The notes under the pieces: generated by a model | What the model was told of the DNA's origin: nothing | The model's input: the letters and a program-made list of their open reading frames with translations, nothing else | Databases searched by the model: none | NCBI RefSeq assembly: GCF_009834535.1 | Contig: NC_045697.1 | Coordinates: 8,062,001-8,126,000 of the forward strand | Direction of reading: 5' to 3' | DNA from: Camelus ferus | Lineage: Eukaryota | Length of the DNA stretch: 64,000 bases | Shown here: one piece after another, positions 26,242 through 37,021 of the stretch | Layout of the letters: each line of letters starts with the position of its first letter | Position numbering within the stretch: the stretch's first letter is position 1 | Position numbers and translations under genes: made by a program

Positions 26242-26475
26242 TTTTATTTTTTTAACATTATTTTGAGTTATAGTCAGTTTACAATGTTGTGTCAATTTCC
26301 AGTGTAGAGCACAATTTTTCAGTTATACGTGAACATACATATATTCATTGTCACATTCTTTTTCACTGTGAGCTACCACAAGATCATGTATGTATTTCCC
26401 TGTGCTATACAGTATAATCTTGTTTATCTATTCTGCATATGCCTGTCAGTATCTACAAATTTTGAACTCCAGATC
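26242..26475 (-). mobile_element. Young camelid-type L1 3' end nested in the old L1 ORF1
   Basis: Closely matches the L1 end at 52960; perfect 17 bp TSD tggttatggtaatttta at 26225-26241 and 26476-26492. Confidence 0.92.
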
Positions 26476-27669
26476 TGGTTATGGTAATTTTAAACTCTAG
26501 AAAGTTCATTTGTTTTGTTTTTTTTTTTTTTAATGATTTGTATCTCTATTTGACATTGTCTCTCTGATAAGATATTGTGTAATACTGCAGTTTTAAGCAT
26601 GGTCTCCTTTAGTTCTTTGAACATATTTATAATAGGGGTTTTGAAGCCTTTGTGTACTAATTCTGACATGGCCCCTTCAAAAGCAGTTTTATTGCTTGTT
26701 TTCTTTTTCTCTCTTTCAGCCACACTTTTTTGTTTCTTGCATGTCTCATAATTTTGTCTTAAACAGTTCATTTTGGATAATATATTGTAGCAACTCTGGA
26801 TACTGATGTCTGTCCCTCCACCAGACAGTGGTGGTGGTCACTTGTTCACTTGTTTAGCAACTTGACTGCACTAATTCTGCATAGTCTATTTCCCTGACAG
26901 TGTATATTTTCAGATAGCCCTACTCAAAATTTTCCCTTATTTTTGTATTTTATCCTGGTTATGAGGACTCATTCTTGGATTGACATAAGCCACTTATTGG
27001 CTAAAGGTTGTTTAATCAACTTGACAAGTTAGATTTGTACACTTTACTCTTAGATGTGTGTGTGGCTTTAAGACTACTGTCATAGTTGAGAGATTAATAT
27101 TTTGTCCCACATTAAGCGAGTGTCTAGTAACTTGGTTTCCTTCACCAGTCATTCCTGATGGGGTAAACCCTGCATGCACACAGTCTTTCAGAACCTCAGG
27201 AATAAGTGTACATTTATGTTTATGTTTGAGTCCCTATTAGTTATCTTTGGGTCATAGTAGCTTATTTTTCACTCAGTATATGGTCAGAGGTTGTGTTTAG
27301 AATTCTCATGCCATTGAGTTCTCATGCCATTAAGAGTCTTCTGCTCTGTGTTGATGAGGGTCTGTTTGTTTCTTGGAGATGATTTCCAGTTTGCCTCACA
27401 TCTTACGGTAACTCTCCCTGAGTAGGTGCAGCTTACACATATGCACAGACTTTCTGCCTCCAGTGGAGATCTTGAATCATGGAAGGTCCTACTTAGCTGT
27501 CTCTTTTCTTAGTTCTCTCTATTAAAAGTTCTGGCTGATCTGCTATTTTGCTCAGATTGTGGAGCTGTCAGTCTCCTTCTTGTTGTTCTCCACCAAGCCC
27601 TCTGTTATTTTTGACAATGCCCTTAGGCATGGAGTTTTCCAAGCTATCTGTGAAGCTCTGCAAGAGTTT

Positions 27670-27985
27670 TCATCAACTGCAACATTAGAGACAGCACAGT
27701 CCACACAAGACCACCTTCACTTCTGACACATTGCAAGTTCCATGATTCTCCAAAACACCCTCAGTTTGTATTATTCACTAGAGAGTCTCACAAAGCTTAC
27801 TGCTATTATATTCACAGTTATAGTTCATTATAGAGAAAAGGAATGTATTAAAATAAGCCAAAGGACGAGACACATAGGGAAGAGTCTAGGAAAAGTATCG
27901 AGTGCTTAGCATCCATTGTCCTTACCCCATTGAGTCACAGACATATTACTCCCCTGGCATCAACGCATGACAACACACACTAAAG
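27670..27985 (-). mobile_element. ERVL-class LTR fragment, MER21-like
   Basis: 'caagaccaccttcacttctgacac...ttcacagttatagttcattatagagaaaagg...taaaataagccaaagg'; shares motifs with the LTR at 60864. Confidence 0.7.
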
Positions 27986-28329
27986 TCTGAATAAAAACTA
28001 GAGAAATGCAGACTTAACTGTGTTATTATTGTCTAGCTAGTTCTTAAAGAGTCATTTGAGGGTCAGCATATCTGAGATGGGAAGACTGAGTCTCAAACAG
28101 GTGTCATAACTGGTCTATGGTTACACAAAGCATTGTGGCAAGTTGGGACTGAAGTCTAAGTCCTGGGTCCCTGTGAGCACTGGAGCATAAAAGGCCAACC
28201 TGGAGCATTTTATGTATTTTAGAGAAAATGCTTTTGGATAGTAAGATAATATTGCCTTTTGTAGGACACTTGGGACTTTCTTTTAAGATAGCTTCCTCAT
28301 CTATTACAACAGTCCTTACTCTTCTCATG

Positions 28330-28540
28330 TAATGCCAGTGTATATATTTTCAGTTTTTAATGTCCACATCTCTCATATCTGTGAACTTTACCCAGTCAAA
28401 ATCCCATTTCACATGTGAGAATTCTGAACCAAATAGAGGGTGGTGATTTTCCCAGTGTTACCCAGCTTGTTACACACTTCAAACTAGATGCCACAACTCC
28501 TTACTTTCAGTTCAGACCTCTTTCCAATATGCCTCAGTTG
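28330..28540 (-). mobile_element. MIR SINE fragment
   Basis: 'atcccatttcacatgtgagaattctgaacc...gtgattttcccagtgttacccagct'. Confidence 0.6.
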
Positions 28541-29347
28541 CTGACTGTTGTTTCTATCAGAATCAAAGTTGCTCTCCTGACCTCTTATCTGAAGCATTGG
28601 CATGTGAAAATACAGCCCCTCTGGCTAATTATTTTTTTCCCTTAGATCTCCAACTAGATGCAACATCAGAGCCTTCTGTCACCCTTCATTTTCCTGTGTG
28701 TTAAGTAGAGTCACACAGTAATAACTTGACTTCCAGTTGTCTTACAAAGTCACCATCACTATTTCCCTAGCTGATATTTAGGATGCATGCAATTTTGATT
28801 TTTTTTTTTTCTGATCTACAGATTTTGGAAGTAAGAGAAAGGTTAAGTACTACCTTTGGTGCCAAGCTACTGAGAAGAGCCCAGAAACTCCTGTGTTCAA
28901 AATCAGGTGCAGAAGATCAAAAGATGCCAAAAACTCACAAGAAAGATGCCTCTGAGAACAAACTTGTCTGGACTAAGAATAAATGCTGAAATGATAGGGT
29001 GATTCCTTCCCCCAAATATTCCACTAGTGATCATGAGATTTAAAATGGCTCAAATTTGGAAAAGATTATACAGCCTTGAAGAGGAAGAGGGTATGTTTTG
29101 TTTTGCTTGTGATTCACCTGAATGTTGTCTAAACAAACATGTTGGAACTAGATTGAACACACCTACTCTCTTGCTTATATGAGATGGCAGACATGACATC
29201 AATAAAATGTCTTAAGTCTGTGTATTAGAGCATAAAGTTTCTCTATTTTACCATGTTTCCAAAGGCCATAGCTACTAAAAGGGTTTAATATTTTATAATG
29301 CTCCTATGCCAACTTGGTTTTATCAACTGAGATGGGTTTCATGTGGA

Positions 29348-30335
29348 TAGAGACAGATATACCACAAAGCTGGTGAAAATTAGCTTCAGGGCTTGAATGG
29401 ATTTCTTAAAACATCCTGGGAGGGATTTGTACATTATTTCCAATGATTATATGTTTCTGGATTTTTTTTAAATAAAAACTTATAATCTCAGTGGGTTAAG
29501 ACAAATGTCTCTTTTTACTTTGAGTTACCTTCTGTCATACTTTTCCTCTTATGGGATGAACTTAAGTAACTGTGGGCACTTTTGGAACCCATACAAGAGA
29601 AAACCTATGGACTCTTCACTTTTTAGTTAGTTGGATCTATTTATGTCACTATTATGTTAGAAATGCCACTATCATCCCAGTGCCAATCACTCAGACTGGT
29701 GACATAGCAATTCAGAACCAAAGATTCATATCAGGACAAACATGTCTTATGGTGCCAGAACTAGGAGCACAAGGGTGGTGTAAGAGAAATGAATGAAATA
29801 TACAGACCCAGAATTTAGTCTGTGAAAAATTTCTTTCAGCCATCAGAAAAGTAAGTAAAACACAGTTTTCACTGATTCCTAGTCAAAACAGATTTGTTAC
29901 TGGAAGAAATATATTCAGTAAAGCATGAATTTATTTATTAAAAATGAAAATTGAAAACACACCATAATTTTAATAGTTTATAGGAATAATATCGTATAGA
30001 ACTTATTAGAATTCCTGTTTATAGGGCATAAATATGAAGTAATACTGCAAACGATAAGCATGTCTGCAACAGCTCAAGGATGAAAGACACGCAATGAAAC
30101 TGTTGCCAAATTCTACAACAATTCTAAATATTTATACAGTAATACTTCCGGTAAGTTGTTAAGCTGAAATGTTTCTAAATTATCATTCATAGAGATGCAA
30201 AATGTAGAACAACAATGGTCGGGGGGAAAAAAGACTTACCATTATCTTTTTACACTCTCCATGGAAGTTATATTACCAATTTCATGTAATATTAAGTTGT
30301 GCCGAGTGTGTAGGCAAAATTGTAGGAAAGAAAAA
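29348..30335 (+). mobile_element. hAT-Tip100 DNA transposon fossil (Zaphod-like) with degraded transposase C-terminal dimerisation region
   Basis: 5' end 'gacagatataccacaaagctggtgaaaattagcttcagggc'; ~30100-30330 resembles the recalled Zaphod coding tail (FPNLTTILKIY..SCEAER..FSKL). Confidence 0.7.
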
Positions 30336-31599
30336 CAAAACAAGTGAAGAAAAGAATGCTATTGAAACCTGGAAGTGTGCTCTTGGTTCTAAACAGAACG
30401 CAGACACACTCAAAGGGCATTTGACACAGTTCCCAAACATGAGTGGAGGTGCAGGGACATTATCCACAGTAAGCCTTTATGTCAGTGAACACTGATGAGC
30501 TTGGTGATTTGTGCTCTTCTGTCTGTCCTACTTACAGTCAAAACTGAGAGTTTTACATTTCTAAAAGGAACATTCATTCAGAAATCAAGCTAGATGGAAC
30601 AGAGAGCTCATTCAAAGTGGGACCTCCTTAGCCCATGACAACCACAAACTAGTATAAACATCTCTATAGAATGTTCTCATCCATGGAGGAGAAAATAGGA
30701 AAGTTTCCAAACTTTCTCCCTCTCAGTTCTGCTTTGAATCTAATATTTTTTGATTCAGTGTTTTTTTTGTTTTTTGTTTTTTTTTTAAGAACAGAGAAAA
30801 ACAGAAACTGAGTGTTAGGTCAAAACCAAAACATGAAAAACAACAAGCTAAGAGACTATCTGGCTCTAGCTTGTACCTTGTGTAAGAATGCCCGAAACAC
30901 AGTCCATGGTTCTACCTAAATGCTACCAATGGCTGGTGATTCATTACCTTAAAGCAGCCCATTTATAAAGTTCCAACCATTAGATTCTTCCTGACTTCTA
31001 CGCAGTATAAGAGAATGTGACGAACTTTCTCTTCTGCCTCCCAAAGAGGAATAAGAGTTCAAAGCATCCCCACATGGCAAAAGACCAGATGTAGAATCAT
31101 GGTGTGAAACAGAAGGCTGAACCAGCCAGGAACAGGTATGGATTTCTGCTAACACCACTGCTTAAGACTACGAACAGTAATGGGTTGCTTGCCTGGGGCT
31201 GTGAGGAAGTGAAACAATTGCCCCATAATCAGGTGTAGTTAGAGGTAGCATACAGGGCACTCTTGTGTGTGGTAGATTCTCTTTAAAGATGACCACAAAA
31301 AATTCCTTGCCTTCCTTCTTCCATGATGTAAGCAAACTTGTCTGAACTACTGGAGAAAATGAGGCCACCTGGAGGAGAACCAAAGTGCTCCAGCTGATGG
31401 CCTGTACCATCACCAGACGTATAGTGAGGACTCCTTGGTTCTTCCACCAGGAAGGCTGTGATGTGCTCCCAGCTGAATGCAAATGAATGTCTCTGATCTA
31501 TACCACATGAGCAGAAATAAGCCACAAGCAGGCTGAAACTGAAGAACTTGGAGCAAATAAAAAACTGTTGTTTGTTAAGGACAAATAGTTAACTACAAT

Positions 31600-32200
31600 G
31601 CTGTGAAACAAAGCTAAAGCCACCAGTAAGAGGTCTGGTTCTCAACTGTAGACATTAATGAACAGGACAGAGACAATTACAAAATATCTAGATAGAGAGG
31701 TAAGCATGAAGTTAAAAAAAAAGTTTTAAGAAACACCTCCCTTCAAGCTGAAGTAAAATTTCAGAATTTACTAGGGACACAGATGCCAATCAGCCAAAGA
31801 AACTAAGAAAATAATTATGTCTGAGGAAGTGGAAATAATAGCACAATCTTCAAAGAACTTAAAAACAGTTATATTTAAAACCCTCAGATTAAAAAAAAAA
31901 CTATCCAAATAAACAAAAAAAATTTAAAAATAGAAGCAAAGGAAGGTGAATATAAATCAAATCCTAGAGATCAAGAATCTATTAGAAACTTTTAAAATCA
32001 TTGCTTTAAGGAGTCTTTACACACTTATGAGACACTTCTCTAATCTGAAGGAAGTGGTAAATTACAAGACAGTACAGATAAATTCACCGAGAAAGTAGTC
32101 TAGAGAAGTAAATGTGCAAAAAAAAAAAAGAAGAAGAAGAAGAAAGAGAAATTTAGTGATATAGATGAATAGACTGAAAAGTTCTAAATAAAAGATTGCA
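31600..32200 (+). mobile_element. Highly diverged L1/HAL1 ORF1-like remnant
   Basis: A-rich sequence with ORF1-type phrases ('aatcctagagatcaagaat', 'agagaaatttagtgatatagatgaatagactgaaaagttctaa'). Confidence 0.45.
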
Positions 32201-32204
32201 ATAG

Positions 32205-32680
32205 GTGTTGTAATATGCTGCTCAAATCTGTCTTCAGTGAAGAATTTGCTGATCCAGCTTCTGAGGATATTGTTGGCAGTCTACATATGTCAGCTCTTTA
32301 AAGCATTTTTCACATATAGAGAACTGCTTTCCCCAACCTCAGATCCCTTACTGGAGGGGCTCTCTACCAATCACTGATTCATGTGAGAGCATAAAGTCAT
32401 GATCATCTCGTTTTATTTGAGGATGATTCATGATGGCACCTTTGTTTGCCCATTCATGTTTCTTTCAGCTCCCTTCTTTAGGTATTGATACCGAAGGACA
32501 TTCTGGATGCTACATCCCAACCCAGAGTTTGCTTCCTGAGAAACCCAGCTGAAGCCATTTGGTTGCAGTAACGAATCAGGAAAACAGATGCTAAGATGGG
32601 ATTTTTCAGCTGAGTCACTCACCACCTAGATGTCCAAGAATGAACGCACTTCCAGCCCCTGACACGAATGGGTAGTTTAA
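32205..32680 (+). mobile_element. ERVL LTR16-like LTR plus the start of the internal region
   Basis: LTR end 'cagagtttgcttcctgagaaacccagctgaagcca' followed by internal-leader-like 'ttggttgcagtaacgaatcaggaaaacagatgctaagatgggatttt'. Confidence 0.65.
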
Positions 32681-32689
32681 TTGTTATAG

Positions 32690-32935
32690 TGAGTAAGCTA
32701 ACAAATGAGATAAAATGAAATCATAAAAATGTTCCATCTAAAAGAAGGCAGAAAAAGGAAAATGAGAACAAAGAACAAATGAGGTAACTAGAAAGCAAAT
32801 AGTGAGATGATAGACTTAAACTCAACTACATCAGTTATCACATTAAATGTAAATATTCTACATATCTCAACTGAAAGGCAGAGATTGTCAGACTGAATTT
32901 TTTAAAAGCAAAACCCAACAATACTGGTTCTATAC
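32690..32935 (+). mobile_element. L1 fragment, start of the ORF2 endonuclease
   Basis: 'tcagttatcacattaaatgtaaat...gaaaggcagagattgtcagactg' encodes SVITLNVN..KRQRLSD. Confidence 0.8.
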
Positions 32936-32949
32936 TACACTTCTACATA

Positions 32950-33420
32950 ATTGTGACCTTTGTGTTGTAAGGCAGATAAGTTACTTAGATACTTTGGATG
33001 TGTTGGATTTGCTTTCATGATGTGGTAGGTGCCTCTGGGGAAGTGCTTAGTCTAGAGTTTATATTTCCTGCTACTGAGGTAAGACTTTCCTGAGTGCTCT
33101 ACCCAATTCTTCATGAATTATGAAATTTTCCAGTCTGACTGGTGAGAACAGGCAGTATTTCTAGTCTGGTGTGAGAGCAGGGCACCGTCCTCAACTATCC
33201 TCTTGAATATTTCTTTCTAAAGCCTTGGACAATTTCCTAACACATATGCCCGATCCTCCATGGAATACTCTATAGGGCTCTTCTCCGGAATGGGCTAGCT
33301 CTCCCCTCTCTGGCATTCTGTCTGGCAAACTCTAGCCACCTTTGTTTCCCTGGACTCTCAGCTCTGCTTCATTTCTCCCTCCCTGAGCCCTGGGAAAATT
33401 TGGTCTCTGTTACTTTACGT
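32950..33420 (-). mobile_element. Old L1 5'-region fragment
   Basis: 'ctactgaggtaagactttcctgagtgctctaccca...ctctagccacctttgtttccctggactctcagctctg' resembles L1MC/MD 5' UTRs. Confidence 0.55.
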
Positions 33421-33708
33421 TAGTCGGAAATACGATATAATACGAAGGGAATAAAACCATGGTTCAAACATTCATAAACCATGTGATCTCAGTCCCGTGA
33501 AAAAGCTACATACAAGTACTGGCAGATTATACAGCAAAGAGTGAATAGAGCAGCTACTAAAATATACGGTCTTTAAAAAATTATGTCACTGAGCAAGCTT
33601 CATTTTTAAATTCAAAAACTAAAATATTTCTTAAAAAGCTTCTAAATGTTATGAGAAATTGGTTATGTACAAAGTCAGTAAAAATTGCAATTTCCAAACT
33701 CCGTATAG

Positions 33709-34270
33709 GCAGGGTTCCCAAGCTGTGTGTATATGTTCCCTGGGGCACCACAGCAAACTTGCAGTGGTGCTGCAGGGTAGTTTAAAGTTTGAGAGAAATA
33801 CAGTTATATTCAACATCTGTTGGATGCTACACAGAGTACTAGCTCAAGGTGGTTCATAGTTTCAACAATAGTCTATGTTCCATTCCTTTTGAGAATGTCA
33901 TATCTTTACAAAGCTGAGTTGTCAACAGTTGCTATGATTAAAAAGCAAGCAACCAGTGTGGAAGAGAAAATTAAGTCGGTAGCAGTCAACCTAATTCCAA
34001 GAGGTAAGTAGTCGTGCAGTGCTTGACAAGTGCACTTGCTTTATCTCACTAGTGAATAATTATAATGATTGAAGAATCAAATACAACGTTATTTTTATTC
34101 CCGTATATGTTCATAATTTTTTTTCCCAAATGGCTATAAGCTTTGAGGACACAAATACTTAAGCTGTTTAGAAGTAACTACTTAGTAAGTAGAAATCTTA
34201 GATATCTGCCCTAGGAGGTGCCATGAAAAACATTCTAAAATATTCAGTGAGACCAGAGAGAAGACCTTCT
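33709..34270 (+). mobile_element. hAT-Charlie non-autonomous DNA transposon, MER119-like, near full length
   Basis: 'cagggttcccaagctgtgtg...tggggcaccacagcaaact...tactagctcaaggtggttcatagtttcaaca...gtgccatgaaaaac'. Confidence 0.8.
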
Positions 34271-35301
34271 ACCACATAGCATGAGCACACACACACTTAC
34301 CCACAGGATCAAAGGAACACAACACAACGGTAAACATTAACAGCGATTTGCTTACACAATCAGAAACATCGCCTGTTCTTGTTTGTTGTTTGCTTGTTTG
34401 AACCTGGATCGTGTTGCCACTAGTGAGGATTAGATACAGTGAGAAGATCAAGACCAGAGACAAAGAGGAACGGCATGACAGTCAAGCTTTTAAGGGCAGA
34501 GTAGGCAGTAGCAAAATCAAGGCTCTGCTCCTCAAGGAGACTGGGAGGAGGCACTATTTTGGCAGGTGTAGAGCATAAGGGTGGGATGAAGCCTGTCAAT
34601 ACGCCCGAGGCGGAGATCCAGATGTAAGAAAATATGTGGCATTAGGAAGAGCTCAAAACATAAGCAATGGATTCACAAGCTGCCTCCTAGGACCAGAGAG
34701 GTGCAGGGAAACTTACCGCATTAGCCGTTGCGGACCTGGGGTCCTGGAAGTCATTCAAAGCAGGGTCTTGAGGAATGCTGGGAGAAACACAGGGAAACAG
34801 GACCAGCGTGAAAACACCAGTTGTCTAACCTGGGTCAGGGCTAAGCCTTACTTACTGGCTTTCAGTCAAGGCAGGATTTAAGCTTGAGTCAAGCCCATTT
34901 AACAAGCCTCCTGATCAGAGGCAGAGTCCTGAGCCAGAGGGGGTTACAAGAGCTCCTCTGTGAAAATAAACTGTTTGGTGGGTCATCGGGGGGGAAATAT
35001 CACGGTTGACTGCATTTGATTTTCGTCTCTGTCCTGCCTTTTTTGAGCGGTGGAACTTGGAGCAAGTCAGGCTCTTGAGATTCAGTTCCCCCCCCCATAA
35101 ATAGAGAGCAATCAGTTTCACCCCATAGGCTGTTTTAAGATTCAAGGGGTACGTTCCTCACCCAGGACCTGACCATGTTGAATCCAGAGAGTGTCTCTGA
35201 TTCACCACATGTATGAAATTGCCGCTGCTTATTTCAATGAGATCTGTGAAATACTTTTGAAATGTTTCTGTGTTCCAAACTTTCATGTACCAAACCTTAT
35301 T

Positions 35302-36225
35302 CTTTTTTTTTTTTTAATTATAGTGGTAAAAACACTTAACATGAGATCTGCCATCTTAAATTCTTAAGTGCAAAATACAGTATTGTTAACTATAAGCGCA
35401 GTTTTGTATAGAAGATCCTTGGAACTTTTTTTCATTTCGTTTGAGTAAAAATGTACATCTGCTGAATGACAGCTCTCCATTTCCCCCTCCCCTCAGCCCC
35501 TGGCAACCAACATTCTACTCTCTGTTAAACTGAATCGTGTATAATTGTCCGTCTGTGGCTGGTTAATTTCACATAGCGTTATGCCCTCCAGGTTCATCCA
35601 TGTTGTCACATAGGGCAGGATTTTTTTTCATTTTTAAGGCTGAATAATATTCCGTTGTGTGTGTATATTGCATTTTCTTTACCCATTCATCTACCGATGG
35701 GCATCTATTGATTGCTTCTTTATCTTGGCTGTTGTGAATAATGCTACAATAAACATGGGCATACTATCTCTTCACGATCTTGATTTCACTTCTTTTGGAT
35801 ATTTACCCAGAAATAAGATTTCTGGATCATAAAAAAATGTAATTTTTTTGTCCAAACAGCTCCCCATAGAATTCTTATCAACAGTATACAAAAAATTCCA
35901 ATTTTTCCACATCCTTGACAACAGTTGTTATCTTTTGATCTTTGGTAGTAACTATCGTAAGCAGCATGAAATGATATCTCATTGTGGTTTTGACTGCATG
36001 TCCCTGATGACTAGTAATGCTGAGATGTTTTCATATGCCTTGTGGCCATTTGTGTGCCTTCTTTTGTGAAATGTCTACTCATTTATTTCACTCATTTTTT
36101 AATTGGGTTATTTATTTTTCTTTCTATTGAGTTCCTCTTATACTTTGAATATTAACCCTTCATCTGATATGCTGTGTACAAATATTTCCTCCCTTTCTGT
36201 AGGCTAATTTTTCACTCTGTCAATT
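35302..36225 (-). mobile_element. L1 3' end (L1MA9/L1MB-like)
   Basis: Poly-T then 'gtggtaaaaacacttaacatgagatct...cccctggcaacc...ggttcatccatgttgtcaca...atatctcattgtggttttga'. Confidence 0.9.
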
Positions 36226-36489
36226 TGTTTGGGGGGCAGTGGGGGGGGGGGTGCTGCCGCCTTCTAACATCCAATGCGTATCCATATCCGGGGGGTTCTT
36301 CTGGCAGCAGTAGTGTTGGAACTGGGGGTTCTTAATTAGAATTAAAGAAGTCAAATTCTCTATGCAAGTCCTGTATTTCTCCCCATTTCATCTCACAATG
36401 TTCTCATGCCTTTCTCTATTGAATTTCTATTTGTCTTTCTACAAAATGAGAACGTGAATTAGAGATGCTTGCAATTATAACAATAAACT

Positions 36490-36665
36490 CAAATCTTTGG
36501 AATGTATAGAGTTCTCAAATGTATGTTCTTGTTTAATGTTCACTTTTTATGTAGAGATAACATCAAAGATTATAGAAATTAAATGAATTTGCAAGATCAT
36601 ACAGCTGACAACAGAGCCAAAAATGAAATCCCAGCTCTGGTCAGTAAGTCCACTAAATTCTCTAC
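36490..36665 (-). mobile_element. MIR SINE fragment
   Basis: 'agaaattaaatgaatttgcaagatcatacagctgacaacagagccaaaaatgaaatcccag'. Confidence 0.6.
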
Positions 36666-36744
36666 ATTTAATATTAACATTAAATTAACATTAACATTTA
36701 ACACGTCTGTGGTGCTGTGAAGAAAACATTATTCTCTCATTGTC

Positions 36745-36915
36745 TGAATGTTAATCAAACTTGGCAGCAAACCTAACTCTGCCACTTGAAGGCATGTCAT
36801 ATTGGAAAATTACTTTGTTTCCCTAAATCTCAGTTTTCTCATCTGTAATATGAGGGTTTTTAAAAGATATAATTCCATTATAAAACACACATACGTGGAA
36901 TTCACTTAATAGAAC
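36745..36915 (+). mobile_element. MIR SINE fragment
   Basis: 'ctctgccact...ccctaaatctcagttttctcatctgtaatatgaggg'. Confidence 0.75.
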
Positions 36916-37002
36916 ATTTACTTTCTTTTCTTCGTTTAAGAAATGTGACTAACCATATTTCACAAATAAAGAAATGAGAGAATTGCTATAAAATTCTTGC
37001 TC

Positions 37003-37021
37003 TGTCCACTAGATGGCAGTA
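37003..37021 (+). promoter_or_regulatory. CTCF-binding motif (candidate insulator or loop anchor)
   Basis: tgtccactagatggcagta fits the CTCF core CCAC[CT]AG[AG][TG]GGC[AG] in non-repeat sequence. Confidence 0.6.

Larger units (their letters stand above)
21658..27650 (-). mobile_element. Ancient L1 (L1MB/L1M4-like) with 3'UTR, ORF2 remnants, ORF1 and 5'UTR; dead and multiply interrupted
   Basis: ORFs 24299..24538 (IIIGDFNTP) and 24016..24213 (FSEHSGIKLEI) are L1 endonuclease; 26490..26771 (FKTPIINMFKELKETM) is ORF1-like; L1MB-type 3' end at 21658. Confidence 0.88.

Noticed and set aside
27303..27331. Tandem duplication ttctcatgccatt x2
   Set aside because: Ordinary small slippage duplication inside a dead L1 5'UTR.
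33960..34011. Strong donor GAG|gtaagt at ~34003
   Set aside because: Lies inside a MER119-like transposon with no supporting exon context.
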